Source: Candidatus Nomurabacteria bacterium | GTDB lineage: Bacteria; Patescibacteriota; Minisyncoccia; Phycocordibacterales; UBA5272 | Assembly: GCA_040376695.1 (NCBI GenBank) | Contig: JBEIQD010000002.1 | Location: 14,633 to 78,632, forward strand | DNA: 64,000 bases | Direction of reading: 5' to 3' | Part shown: positions 47,890-57,963 of the stretch, piece by piece | Layout of the letters: each line of letters begins with the position of its first letter | How positions within the stretch are numbered: the first letter of the stretch is position 1 | The notes under the pieces: model-generated | Told to the model about the DNA's origin: nothing | What the model saw: only the letters and a program-made list of their open reading frames with translations | The model's database searches: none | Made by a program: the position numbers and the translations under genes

Positions 47890-49075
47890 AGGCCCGCAAC
47901 ATCCCAACTGAAGAAATTAGTCGAGCGGCAAGTAAACCAATAACCGCCCCCGTCACTCCATAATTAATACTTCCGACTGTTACTCCAACAAGGATAAGCG
48001 CCAGCAACACCACATTGTAAATAATAACGTGTCTTGTTTTCTTCTGTAATTGGTATTCATACATTGAAATAAAAACAACTGAAGAAAAGAAGCTTAGAGA
48101 ATACACAATAGAGAGAAAAACTACAGAAACATACTGAGGGAAAAATAGTTTATATAATAAAGGAGCAAAGATTGCATAGACAAGAAAAAGTCCGAACGAA
48201 TACAGAAACACTTTTCTGAAAGAAACTTTATCTCGATAATTGTTTTCTGATGAATCTATTAATATATATTTCCATATAAGAATGCGTAAAACTTCCCTTA
48301 TTTGATCAACAAAAAGAGTGGCAAAAATATAGAAAGAAAGACCGGCACCGCCAAGAAAATGAAAAACTATCATCTTGTCCAAAGACTGAGCCAAAGCCTC
48401 AAAGGAATTAGACAAAGTAAGTTTAAAAGAATACTTTTCCACATTCTCTGTTTCAGTAGCCTCTCTTGTTTGAGAGGCTACATACGCAACTCCTATAAGT
48501 CTAGGGATCCAAGTGCTGACGATATTGGCTAAGAAAGCAATAACGATACTCTGTGTGAAATATACAGCAAGTATGACACTCACACTTCCTAAGATGGCAG
48601 AAAATAAATCTATATAAAAGTTTAATCTAACCTTTTTCTTTCCATATAAAAACGCAACGTAAGAAGTTAAGGTTTCAGAAACTGCTACAAAAGGAGCGTA
48701 TAGAGCAAACAATAGTGAGAGTTGAGTATTTCCTTGTAGATAATAATATGCTGCAATCGATAAAAAAAACAAAACACCCAGAAAACCATATCTCATTCTC
48801 ATCTTTAAAACTGAAAAGAAGGTAGAGTCTTTACCCCCCTGAATAGCCTGCGTTAGTGGCAAATGAGATCCTGAAAGAGTGAAAAAGGAAGATAGTATGA
48901 TCCAAGCGAGAACATATCTATATACACCATACTCTTCGGGGGCAAATAACCTGCTCAACAAAACAGCATTCAAAAAAGAGAAGAAACTGGCGATGAACAT
49001 TGAAGCCACAGGCCAAAAACTACCATCTTCTTGGAAATGAGTTTTAGAAAATAGTAGTGCTAAAATTTTTTTCAT
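47882..49075 (-). CDS. Polysaccharide biosynthesis / oligosaccharide flippase (Wzx-like) membrane protein
   Basis: 397 aa, about 12 TM helices. Glycan-locus context. Confidence 0.45.
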   Translation of the reverse strand: MKKILALLFSKTHFQEDGSFWPVASMFIASFFSFLNAVLLSRLFAPEEYGVYRYVLAWIILSSFFTLSGSHLPLTQAIQGGKDSTFFSVLKMRMRYGFLGVLFFLSIAAYYYLQGNTQLSLLFALYAPFVAVSETLTSYVAFLYGKKKVRLNFYIDLFSAILGSVSVILAVYFTQSIVIAFLANIVSTWIPRLIGVAYVASQTREATETENVEKYSFKLTLSNSFEALAQSLDKMIVFHFLGGAGLSFYIFATLFVDQIREVLRILIWKYILIDSSENNYRDKVSFRKVFLYSFGLFLVYAIFAPLLYKLFFPQYVSVVFLSIVYSLSFFSSVVFISMYEYQLQKKTRHVIIYNVVLLALILVGVTVGSINYGVTGAVIGLLAARLISSVGMLRAFK

Positions 49076-49078
49076 AGT

Positions 49079-50110
49079 TTATTTCTTTGAAAGGTTCTTC
49101 ACTGCACCGTAAGCTTCCTGTGGAGTGATAAGGTACATAGACTCAAAAAATGTACCGTCTTCGTATTCTCTCTTTTTCTTAAAAAGACTAGCCCCACTTT
49201 CATCATACTCATGACAAAGACGAATTACTGTATCACCATATGGTTCTGGGTTCCATTCATAATCAGTAAAGATATCAAAACACACTGTTTCCTTTTGGAG
49301 AAAAAGAGCCATCCACAAGAGTCCTGTATCCATAGTGCAAAAAACGTCTGAACTTTTTATATACCCCATAAGTACGTCTGGTTTTAAGAACTGGCATATA
49401 ATCTGCACCCTAGGAATAGACGCAAGTTCCTCCATCTCCGAGCTAGAGAGATACCATTCCCTTTCTTTGGGTGTGTATGTTATCAATACATCTTGATTAA
49501 CCGTTAAGAGTTTGACAAGCTCTATCAATTTTTTTGGTGGATACGACCTTTCTCGTATTGAAGCAACAGGATGAATGTGTATATAGTTTTTCTTTAAGGG
49601 TGGCTTAACCTGAAAAGACAGTACGGGGAAATTTTTAGCCTCTACAGGTAGATTACTCGAGATGATTTGATTAGCTCGCACATTACGCTTCCATATCATT
49701 TCTTTTTCATCACGAGGAATATAATAAATATTCTTGGAAAGCAACCTCCTGTCTTTTGCGTAGAGTAAAACTCTACCCCCAAACAAAGCGAGGACATTGT
49801 AAAGTCCTAGACTCATTAAACGATAATGTTTTACATCAAAAGCATTCACAACCCAAACAGAGTTAAAAAATGCTCTGTAAACGATGCTGGTCCCCTTAAT
49901 ATAAAAATGTATTCCGGGAGCACTCACAAGCTTAGTTTCCTGTAAATTACTACCATGAATAAGTTCATTAAATAATGTATAATTCTTTCTAGTAACTAGG
50001 ATAATTTTAAAATCTCCAGATAACTCTAAGCGCTTAGCAAAATCAAGCTGAAATAAAAATTCACCTAATCCGCCGTAACTAAATATGTAACAGGTATCCT
50101 TTAATTTCAT
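49079..50110 (-). CDS. Glycosyltransferase family 9-like (heptosyltransferase fold)
   Basis: N-terminal FSYGGLGEFLFQLDFAKRL and C-terminal SDVFCTMDTGLLWMALFLQKETVCFD resemble GT9 signatures (GALGD..; GNDSGPMHLAAA). Confidence 0.4.
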   Translation of the reverse strand: MKLKDTCYIFSYGGLGEFLFQLDFAKRLELSGDFKIILVTRKNYTLFNELIHGSNLQETKLVSAPGIHFYIKGTSIVYRAFFNSVWVVNAFDVKHYRLMSLGLYNVLALFGGRVLLYAKDRRLLSKNIYYIPRDEKEMIWKRNVRANQIISSNLPVEAKNFPVLSFQVKPPLKKNYIHIHPVASIRERSYPPKKLIELVKLLTVNQDVLITYTPKEREWYLSSSEMEELASIPRVQIICQFLKPDVLMGYIKSSDVFCTMDTGLLWMALFLQKETVCFDIFTDYEWNPEPYGDTVIRLCHEYDESGASLFKKKREYEDGTFFESMYLITPQEAYGAVKNLSKK

Positions 50111-50996
50111 GAAAAAAGAAGTAAAAAAATATATATACGCCTACTTACCTGACTCCTTTGGAGCTTCCATTGTAGCATGTTATCGATTCTTTAGATTCGG
50201 CATAATTAAAGGAATTGAGAAGCTGTATATGAATTTTAGCTTTACATCACCAAAAATTATTCAGCTTAAAAATTCAACTCTTCAGCTCTATATAGACCCT
50301 AAAAATGGAGCAACTGATCAGACCGTTTTCCTTCATAGCTCAAGGGATGATGACGTAATAGAGCTAATGAAAGAGCATATTCACGAGGGTGATCATTTTG
50401 TAGACATAGGTGCAAATATTGGTTACGAAACTGTGTACGGAGCTTCGTTCGTAGGTAAATCAGGATTAGTAACTGCTTTTGAGCCTCTTGAACACCTAGC
50501 AAACCAGCTTCAGAAAAATGCATCGATCAATCAATTACGTAACGTAAGGCTTGTAAGAAAAGCTTTAGGAAATAGAGAAGGGCAACACACAATCTATTTA
50601 CACGCCCATGATGCTGGTTCATCTTCACTTATTAACGAAGAAAATAGTAGCTCAAGAATAACCATAGACGTAATTCGTTTAGATGATTTACCTATGCAGA
50701 AAATTGATTTTATTAAAATAGATGTTGAAGGTTTTGAACCTGAAGTATTCTTGGGAGCTCAGAAAACAATACTTAAAGATAAGCCAAAAATTGTGTTTGA
50801 ATTCCAGCCTCACCTCTATGATAAAAATAAAACCTTATCCGGTGAACAACTGTTAGAACTTTTACATACCACCTTTGGTTACTCCCTTTCCCAAATGTTA
50901 CCAACTGGCACAGAAACTTTTCCTGCCACATCATTTAAACGGGCAACAGAGATACTTCGAGCTGAAAAAACTCTTGTTAATATTTTTGCCCATTAA
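50109..50996 (+). CDS. FkbM-family methyltransferase
   Basis: FVDIGANIGYETVY ... FIKIDVEGFEPEVFLGAQ. Confidence 0.7.
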   Translation: MKKEVKKYIYAYLPDSFGASIVACYRFFRFGIIKGIEKLYMNFSFTSPKIIQLKNSTLQLYIDPKNGATDQTVFLHSSRDDDVIELMKEHIHEGDHFVDIGANIGYETVYGASFVGKSGLVTAFEPLEHLANQLQKNASINQLRNVRLVRKALGNREGQHTIYLHAHDAGSSSLINEENSSSRITIDVIRLDDLPMQKIDFIKIDVEGFEPEVFLGAQKTILKDKPKIVFEFQPHLYDKNKTLSGEQLLELLHTTFGYSLSQMLPTGTETFPATSFKRATEILRAEKTLVNIFAH

Positions 50997-52102
50997 GAAG
51001 TAGTGATTTGCTTTTGAACTGATTTAAGTATTTCTTCATCTGAAATATCATACATACACTTCATGTAATTTTTACCTTCTTCTTGGACATAGCAATCGAT
51101 AACTTCTTCTCCACATCCGCATCTAGTCTTATTAAATAAAACTATTGAATTTTCATTGAAGTGATACTGAAACATATAGTTACCTACCATGTTAATTACA
51201 ACTGATTTTACGTGTAACATATTAATAAGCATTGCATTACCAGTATGAACAGTTATACAGCACATCGCCTGTGCGTAGACTGTTAACAATTCTTGCATAT
51301 CTGTTTCTCCTGCCAAAATACAAAAAGCGTCTTGAGCAATTTGATCTGTTGCTTCCTTAATAAAATTAATATCTCCCTTGGCTCCTGTAAAAACAAGAGT
51401 CACCCCAGGGTGCTGATTAACTAAATCCTTTATAAGTAACCTCCACCGTCTTAGCGGTAAACTTCTGTCTGAAGATGAAGCAACTAGATGTAGCACTAGA
51501 TATCTTTTATCTAGAAGATTATGTTTTTTTAATATCTCATCTTTAATAAGATGCCTTAAATGAGGTTTTCTATTAACCTCTTCATAGCCAAGAAAAGATA
51601 GAAGCCTATTACCTTGTTCATAAAACAGTTCAGTGTGTGAATTAAGTGGAATAATATTTCCCTTCCCTAAAAAATAAAGACTACTTTCTTCGGAAAAATC
51701 CCCATACGGACTTTTTTTACTTACATCTAAACCAATGAATCTACTCCTTGTGCAAAAACGAACAAAATATGAGATCAATTTTATAGATAGCGGGTACTTA
51801 ATTGGTATCCACAACACATAACAACGCTTTACCCAAAAGCTAGAAAAAAATAATCTTAATAATTTAAACTTACCAGTCCCAGACTGGTAATTGATTTGCT
51901 TAAGGTGATCCAAGTATGGGATAGCCAAATCCTTTAAGAAGCCAAAATTATTCTTATAAATAATTACTGAGGACTTCCCTGTAGATTCAAAAAAACGATT
52001 GGCGTGATCAATCTCTATAGCATGGTCCCCAACCGGACCAGCGGAGAAAAAGACGAATTCCGAGTAGTTTGGGGCTTTGTGTATAGGCCCTTTTTCTTGC
52101 AT
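50993..52102 (-). CDS. Glycosyltransferase family 9-like (second paralog)
   Basis: FTGAKGD...LAGETDMQELLTVYAQAMCCITVHTGNAMLINMLHVKSVVI parallels the GT9 C-terminal motif. Confidence 0.45.
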   Translation of the reverse strand: MQEKGPIHKAPNYSEFVFFSAGPVGDHAIEIDHANRFFESTGKSSVIIYKNNFGFLKDLAIPYLDHLKQINYQSGTGKFKLLRLFFSSFWVKRCYVLWIPIKYPLSIKLISYFVRFCTRSRFIGLDVSKKSPYGDFSEESSLYFLGKGNIIPLNSHTELFYEQGNRLLSFLGYEEVNRKPHLRHLIKDEILKKHNLLDKRYLVLHLVASSSDRSLPLRRWRLLIKDLVNQHPGVTLVFTGAKGDINFIKEATDQIAQDAFCILAGETDMQELLTVYAQAMCCITVHTGNAMLINMLHVKSVVINMVGNYMFQYHFNENSIVLFNKTRCGCGEEVIDCYVQEEGKNYMKCMYDISDEEILKSVQKQITTS

Positions 52103-52141
52103 ATAACCATTGTAACATAAGGTATACTTAGACGAATACTC

Positions 52142-53173
52142 ATGAAATCCTATTTCCCCCTCTTAGATATTCTTAGATTTTTTGCAGCATTCTGGGTAAT
52201 GAGCTTTCATTATTTCTTAGGTTACTCTGGTGAACTCTCGTGGTATAGATATGGAAATCTTGGAGTCCCTCTTTTCTTTATTATTAGTGGATTTGTTATT
52301 TCTCAATCAGTAGCTAATGCTTCAACAAAAGCTTTTGCCCTTGGTAGATTCATTCGACTCTTTCCTCTCTTTTGGATTCTTTGCACATTTACCTACATAC
52401 TCACACTTGTAGTACCTGGTGCAAACCCCGTACAGTTTCCTGAATACCTTATTAGCATGACCATGCTTGGTGAAAATCTTGGAAATCTTTTTGGGTATGT
52501 ACGTTTGGTGGATGCAGCGTACTGGTCTCTTGTAATAGAACTTATTTTCTACGTAGCCATCGGATTGTTTGTGTATCTCTTTTCTTGGAAACAAGTACGG
52601 TGGTTCACGGCTCTTTGGTTCATAACAAGTATTACTGCATATTTCCTGAATATAGAAAACACCTTCATTGCAAAAACACTCCTTGTACGTCATGCTTCTT
52701 ATTTCCTTTTCGGTATGACGCTTATGCTTGTTATTACGACAACATATTCCTCACTTAAACTAAAACTCTATGACTATGGATTTCTAACTCTAGTCGGTAT
52801 CTATGGAGCTTTCATTTCATACCGGGCACTTCCTCCATATCTAACCCCTCACCCACTTGATACAGAAATTGTTACGGCGCTTCAAGTTGTATTCTTTATA
52901 GGTGTTGCATTCTTGGTCTATATTTCAAGATTTATTACTTCACAACGTTTCCTAAGCTGGGCAATTATTATGGGAGGACTTACCTATCCTTTATATCTTC
53001 TTCATCAAACAATTGGAAATACACTCATCAAGTACTTTGAAGGTTACAGCACACTTCTAGTTCGAGGGATCGTCACCATGATTTTTATGATTGGAGCTGC
53101 ATACATCGCATACCTATACGATAAAAAACTACGAAAGAAACTTACAGCAGTGCTACTGCCGTCTAAACATTGA
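52142..53173 (+). CDS. Acyltransferase family 3 membrane protein (O-acyltransferase)
   Basis: MKSYFPLLDILRFFAAFWVMSFHYF; 10 TM helices. Confidence 0.65.
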   Translation: MKSYFPLLDILRFFAAFWVMSFHYFLGYSGELSWYRYGNLGVPLFFIISGFVISQSVANASTKAFALGRFIRLFPLFWILCTFTYILTLVVPGANPVQFPEYLISMTMLGENLGNLFGYVRLVDAAYWSLVIELIFYVAIGLFVYLFSWKQVRWFTALWFITSITAYFLNIENTFIAKTLLVRHASYFLFGMTLMLVITTTYSSLKLKLYDYGFLTLVGIYGAFISYRALPPYLTPHPLDTEIVTALQVVFFIGVAFLVYISRFITSQRFLSWAIIMGGLTYPLYLLHQTIGNTLIKYFEGYSTLLVRGIVTMIFMIGAAYIAYLYDKKLRKKLTAVLLPSKH

Positions 53174-54481
53174 TTTAAACCAGCCAACTAATCGAGTATC
53201 TCTTGTGGAAGAAGTTCTTGTAGTAGATGTCGCAACCTTTAACGCAGACTGTGAAGTAGTTGCTGTTTGAGGGGTAGTTTTTGTATACATCTTTTGTTTA
53301 ACCAGAGCTGGAAGGCTTTTTGTTGTAGTTGCAACACTTAAGACTGTCCCCGTCTGAATAGAACTTTCAGCTGGAATAAACCGAGTTACTTCTTCTAAAT
53401 TTGGGAAAAGAATTTTGACCACCGTACTTGTTGAAACTGTTGTACTAGCAAATCCCATAGAAGCTCCAGCGAAACGCGTTGTCGCTCCTGATGAAATCAA
53501 TGTGTTTTTAGGAAAATGAAAAGCCGCTCCATCAAATGTTAACATCCATTGTGAGATATCCAGTTCATACATATTTGGGTTTGAAATATCAACATAGGTT
53601 CCATATTTACCGCTTGATACTTCTACAATTTCTATATCTGGTGGAACAACTCTCACAACCATGCGACCAGTTCCGGCAATGGTAGCACTCACCCCTTCAA
53701 CTTGAGTAACATATCTGCCACTATATACATATCTATGTTTTGTTGAACTCCCTGTTCCTTGTCCGCCATCGCCAAATGCCCAAGAAAAAGAAAGTCCATC
53801 AATTGCTTTACCGCTACGAGTCATCCCTGCAACATCAAAATAGGTATCAGCACCTGCAACAACAACTTTTTCAGAAGGCATATACAAAATAATATCGGGA
53901 GACGGTGGGGACATTTGCGGAAGTGTAATCTGATTTTCCGTAGTCGTAGACGTACCCGAGCTACCACTTCCACCCACCTGAGCTGCGGCATTTTCACTTC
54001 CTGGAGTTGGACTACCTGTAACGTAAGAACCTTGTATAAAAGAAAGTGTTGAACCTTCCTTAGCTGCTGTGTATGAAGGAATACTTGCAACGATACTTCC
54101 CTGTAACTTTATATCAATTGATGTTGCCCCTGTGTTAACAAGAGAAATAGAACTCTTAAAAAGTATCCCTGAGTAGGTAGCGTAATCTTGTAAAAACTTT
54201 GTTTGACCCGAAGAGACAGAAACGAGAGACCCTATGATTGCGTAGCCGTTTGGAGGAAGTATGAGCCCACCCTGAGGAGATGTTGCAACTACTGCTGTGC
54301 CGCCTTTTATAGACACGGCCATAGACGACAAATCAATATCTGTGTTTGTTTCATTATAAATTTCAATCCACTCACGACCTCCATCATCTCCCGTTGGATT
54401 AGACATCACTTCACTCACGATAAGCGCGTGAGTTTGTACTATCCCAAGAGCGAACATGAGAAGTGCCAGTGATATCTTCAT
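53153..54481 (-). CDS. Secreted lamin-tail-domain (LTD) protein
   Basis: Signal peptide; LIVSEVMSNPTGDDGGREWIEIYNETNTDIDLSSMAV matches the LTD consensus. A second beta-rich domain follows. Confidence 0.5.
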   Translation of the reverse strand: MKISLALLMFALGIVQTHALIVSEVMSNPTGDDGGREWIEIYNETNTDIDLSSMAVSIKGGTAVVATSPQGGLILPPNGYAIIGSLVSVSSGQTKFLQDYATYSGILFKSSISLVNTGATSIDIKLQGSIVASIPSYTAAKEGSTLSFIQGSYVTGSPTPGSENAAAQVGGSGSSGTSTTTENQITLPQMSPPSPDIILYMPSEKVVVAGADTYFDVAGMTRSGKAIDGLSFSWAFGDGGQGTGSSTKHRYVYSGRYVTQVEGVSATIAGTGRMVVRVVPPDIEIVEVSSGKYGTYVDISNPNMYELDISQWMLTFDGAAFHFPKNTLISSGATTRFAGASMGFASTTVSTSTVVKILFPNLEEVTRFIPAESSIQTGTVLSVATTTKSLPALVKQKMYTKTTPQTATTSQSALKVATSTTRTSSTRDTRLVGWFKSMFRRQ

Positions 54482-54484
54482 GAG

Positions 54485-56239
54485 TTATTCTTCTTGTAGA
54501 AGTTTCCGTAGAACACCCTCTTCAACCTCTCTTCTTTTCTGTTCAACTTCTTCTCTACGTGTTTCTATGTTTGCAGCGCTTGCTGGCGGGATTACTTCTC
54601 GTTCATTCATGGCCTTTGCAAGAGCGTCTTTAAGGGAAACTGCTGGCTTATCATCAAATGAAGCTGGTTGTCTCTCTTGTTGTGGTGCAGGATTTGGTCG
54701 TGTATCTCGCCTAGCATCATCACGTCTGTCACCTTGTCGCCTCTCGTCAGTTCTCCTTTCTGTTTTTCGGTTATCATTTTGTGAATAGCTTGGAGTTCTT
54801 GATTCCTGTCTATATTCAGTTCTTTGCTGAGGCTTATGCTCAGATCTTTGTTCATTTCTTGGAAGCGGAGTGTCATTGCGTATCTCTCGAACCTTCACGA
54901 CCGCCTGGTCTTGCTTTGCAGCTTGTGGAACTTCTTTTATTATCGGCTTATAAAACTCTGTTACTTCGTTAGTCACATCATCTACTGGTTTACCGTAGGT
55001 TGCCCGAGAATAGGCAATAATTGCCTGAGCATGAGAATGTGCAGGACGAACGATTGGATCAAGCGTGTGGGCAGAAAATGGCTTAGAACCCACCCCGTCA
55101 ATCATAAGACGAAGATAGATTTGATACGCCGAAAGATTCACGATGTCATCCATAATGAAATATGGCGCAAACTCCTTTTCAAAAGCTTCAGCGTCAGTTG
55201 CTCCCACTCGGAAGGTAATCATCGTACCCACGTTTCCAAAGACCGCAGCCTTCACTTCATCTTCCATTTGCTCAATATACTGATGGGCAACGGTGAGCGC
55301 AAGATTATACTTTCGTGACTCTGAAAGAATAGATGCAAACGATTCATTGGCGAAGTTCTGAAACTCATCCACATAGAAATAAAATGGAGGAAGTTTTTCA
55401 AGTTCGTACGGCCCAGCGTCTGCTCGAGACATTGCAGCTAAATATATTTTTGTAATCAAAAGAGAACCGATAAGGTTTGCATTTCCTTCTCCCACTTTTC
55501 CTTTTGAAAGATTCACAATAAGAATCTTTTTGTTATCCATGATGTCTCGGAGATCAAACGATGTCTTCTGTTGTCCGATGATGTTACGGATGAGAGGGTT
55601 TGAGATAAACTGCCCAATCTTATTTTGAATTCCAGGCGCTGCCTCTTGTTGATACTTATCTCCTGCTTTCGCATACTCCTCTTCCCAGAATGATTTTACG
55701 GAAGGGTCTTTAACATTACTCACAATAAATTTTCTGTACTCTTTATCGTTAAGCATTCTGTTTACGCCGAGCAATGACTGTCCTTCGTTTTCAAGAAGAG
55801 CAAGGATAATGTTATTTAAAATATATTGAATACGATCAGAGAATCGTTCTTCACCGAACACTTTCTTAAACGCTGCCATAAGACCGTTTGCAACCAAGTG
55901 ACGCTTAGATGTTTCAACTTTTTCAAGCACATTCAACCCCATTGGGTGTTCACTATCAAACGGTGCAAAATAAATAACGTCTTTAATACGAGACTCAGGA
56001 ATAAAGTCGAGCAACTTTTCTGCCATAGAGCCATGAGGGTCAATCACGCACAAACCTTCTCCGTTTTGAATATCCTGCACAGCAAGATTCTCAAGAAGAG
56101 TCGATTTACCCATACCTGTCTTTCCAATGATATAGGTATGACGAGTTCGATCACGCTCTTTAATCCCAAACGTGATTTGTTTGTTACGAAAATCAACCTT
56201 TCCTATATAAGTTACTTTTTCCTTGTGAGGATCTGACAT
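54485..56239 (-). CDS. Soluble VirD4/TraD-like (type IV coupling protein family) P-loop ATPase with charged low-complexity C-terminal tail
   Basis: HTYIIGKTGMGKSTLLENL..VIDPHGS; Walker B FYFYVDEFQNF; LTVAHQ. No N-terminal TM segment. C-terminal 130 aa rich in R/D/E/Q. Start at 56239 (MSDPHKEK) with TATACT 8 nt upstream. Confidence 0.5.
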   Translation of the reverse strand: MSDPHKEKVTYIGKVDFRNKQITFGIKERDRTRHTYIIGKTGMGKSTLLENLAVQDIQNGEGLCVIDPHGSMAEKLLDFIPESRIKDVIYFAPFDSEHPMGLNVLEKVETSKRHLVANGLMAAFKKVFGEERFSDRIQYILNNIILALLENEGQSLLGVNRMLNDKEYRKFIVSNVKDPSVKSFWEEEYAKAGDKYQQEAAPGIQNKIGQFISNPLIRNIIGQQKTSFDLRDIMDNKKILIVNLSKGKVGEGNANLIGSLLITKIYLAAMSRADAGPYELEKLPPFYFYVDEFQNFANESFASILSESRKYNLALTVAHQYIEQMEDEVKAAVFGNVGTMITFRVGATDAEAFEKEFAPYFIMDDIVNLSAYQIYLRLMIDGVGSKPFSAHTLDPIVRPAHSHAQAIIAYSRATYGKPVDDVTNEVTEFYKPIIKEVPQAAKQDQAVVKVREIRNDTPLPRNEQRSEHKPQQRTEYRQESRTPSYSQNDNRKTERRTDERRQGDRRDDARRDTRPNPAPQQERQPASFDDKPAVSLKDALAKAMNEREVIPPASAANIETRREEVEQKRREVEEGVLRKLLQEE

Positions 56240-56283
56240 AATAAATAGTATACAGGTAATACCATAGGGGTGACAGTGGATGT

Positions 56284-56319
56284 GCAAAAGAAAAACGCTA
56301 TCTTACGATAACGTTTTTG
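56284..56319. repeat. AT-rich palindrome copy B (one mismatch relative to copy A)
   Basis: GCAAAAGAAAAACGCTATCttacGATAACGTTTTTG. Confidence 0.6.
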
Positions 56320-56340
56320 TGGTGAGTGAGCCGCTGGAAC

Positions 56341-56457
56341 TTACTGAGCAGCGGCTGGAGGTGTGGCAACAGGTTTGGCTGGTGACAGTGGCGGGAGAGG
56401 GAAAGACGCACCACCTCCCTTGTGACTTGTCATACCCGCGAACATATTACATGGCAT
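56341..56457 (-). CDS. Small Pro/Ala-rich peptide (38 aa) embedded in structured region B
   Basis: Strong SD TAAGGAGaacacaATG. Product MPCNMFAGMTSHKGGGASFPLPPLSPAKPVATPPAAAQ. GC-rich. Confidence 0.3.
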   Translation of the reverse strand: MPCNMFAGMTSHKGGGASFPLPPLSPAKPVATPPAAAQ

Positions 56458-56542
56458 TGTGTTCTCCTTAGAACTAAAAGCAGACTGTCTGCTTCTTTCG
56501 TTTATTACACTACCATTTTTTACAGAAAAATCAAGCCCCACC

Positions 56543-57736
56543 CTACTGTGCCTTCAAAGCTGCTGGAGTATATTTATTTGAAGGGTCCCACAACATCCAT
56601 GAGTTAATACCTAACTTCTCCCCTGCGCTAATCTGCGCACGCACCATTTCAGCTGTATATGTCGCCCCCATATCAAAATCCTGATACCAGGGGCGAAGCT
56701 TCAAGATGAGCGAACTCGTTGATTGTCCTGTAGAAGAAGCTACTGCATAGGCAATGTCTCGAGCGCCACCCATAGAATACGTGATGATTGGGCCTGGATG
56801 AGCCGCTGGATTATCATATCCTGCTGTGCCTTTGTAGAAATGAGACGGGTACACCATTGGCGCTACATAATCAAAATATTTCAGTGCGTCCCCTAAGTCC
56901 TGTCCAAGCGTTTTAGTTTCGTTTGAATTAGTTGTGATAATTCCGAACACATCTCCTGAAATCGGAATACCGATTGGACTAAATGCATCATGAAGATACT
57001 TATAAAACTCCTGCACGATTCCTCTCTTATCTGTTAAACCTCGTTCACCTGAAACAGGGAATCGCATAGACTTTAAATCTCCATCTGTTGGGAATCTAAT
57101 ATAATCGTAATTAAGCTCATCAAATCCGCGACCGTGTGTCTCTTTACCAAGATCAACCAAATACTTCCACATATCTTTTGAACCAGTATCTACCCATGGT
57201 TCCCCTTTTCTGTCTCGCCAAATAGTGCCTGTAGTAATATTAGTTACCGCTCGCTCTGGATGAAGTTTTACATATGCAGGATCTTGGAATGCTGCAATAC
57301 GAGCAATTACATAAATATTTCTTGCATGTAAATCCTCTATCAACGTATCTAAATCTTTAATTCTTCCATCCCAGCTTAGAATTCCTGTATTATCTTTAAC
57401 GTCAATAATAACGGCATTGAGTTCTGTTTCATCAATAAGTTTAAAAAGTTTTTCACGGATTGAAGGAGTGCCCGCTACCCATGATGACACATATATCGCT
57501 TTAACTTCTTTTGGGGTTTTGATGTGAGTTACAGCAACCGGAGCTGATGATGCTTCTTTAGTTTCTTTTCCTGTTGGTTCAGAAAGAAAATCACCTACGG
57601 TTGATGTTCCACTTCCTTCCTTTGCATATGCTTCTGTACCAAGTTCCTTTGAAAAAGAGAAGTGTTTATAGCCGCTGTTAGCAACCCAAAGAAAACCAAA
57701 GACTATTACTGCTGCAATACCGAGCGACGCCCTCAT
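56543..57736 (-). CDS. Putative glycoside-hydrolase-like TIM-barrel protein (GHL/DUF4015-like), secreted
   Basis: Signal anchor; VKAIYVSSWVAGTPSIREKLFKLIDETELNAVIIDVKDNTG pattern. Confidence 0.35.
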   Translation of the reverse strand: MRASLGIAAVIVFGFLWVANSGYKHFSFSKELGTEAYAKEGSGTSTVGDFLSEPTGKETKEASSAPVAVTHIKTPKEVKAIYVSSWVAGTPSIREKLFKLIDETELNAVIIDVKDNTGILSWDGRIKDLDTLIEDLHARNIYVIARIAAFQDPAYVKLHPERAVTNITTGTIWRDRKGEPWVDTGSKDMWKYLVDLGKETHGRGFDELNYDYIRFPTDGDLKSMRFPVSGERGLTDKRGIVQEFYKYLHDAFSPIGIPISGDVFGIITTNSNETKTLGQDLGDALKYFDYVAPMVYPSHFYKGTAGYDNPAAHPGPIITYSMGGARDIAYAVASSTGQSTSSLILKLRPWYQDFDMGATYTAEMVRAQISAGEKLGINSWMLWDPSNKYTPAALKAQ

Positions 57737-57945
57737 GCAGTTACGGTGGTTTGCGCCATAGGCATACTTTCAGTTTCCTGATGATCACCTGCGCGAGGTA
57801 ATTTTCTACGGAGATCCAGTGTACTAATGAAAAGAAGAACTCCTAAAATAATAAAAATTGCGTCCTTAAAAAGTCCTGGGATAAATATCCACGGAGAGAG
57901 AACAAGGAGTGCGGCTACGAAACGTTTGATTCCAAGTGGTGACAT
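57733..57945 (-). CDS. Small membrane protein (2 TM)
   Basis: 70 aa; stop overlaps the downstream gene start (ATGA). Confidence 0.4.
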   Translation of the reverse strand: MSPLGIKRFVAALLVLSPWIFIPGLFKDAIFIILGVLLFISTLDLRRKLPRAGDHQETESMPMAQTTVTA

Positions 57946-57963
57946 ATGTGCCCCAGTATACCC

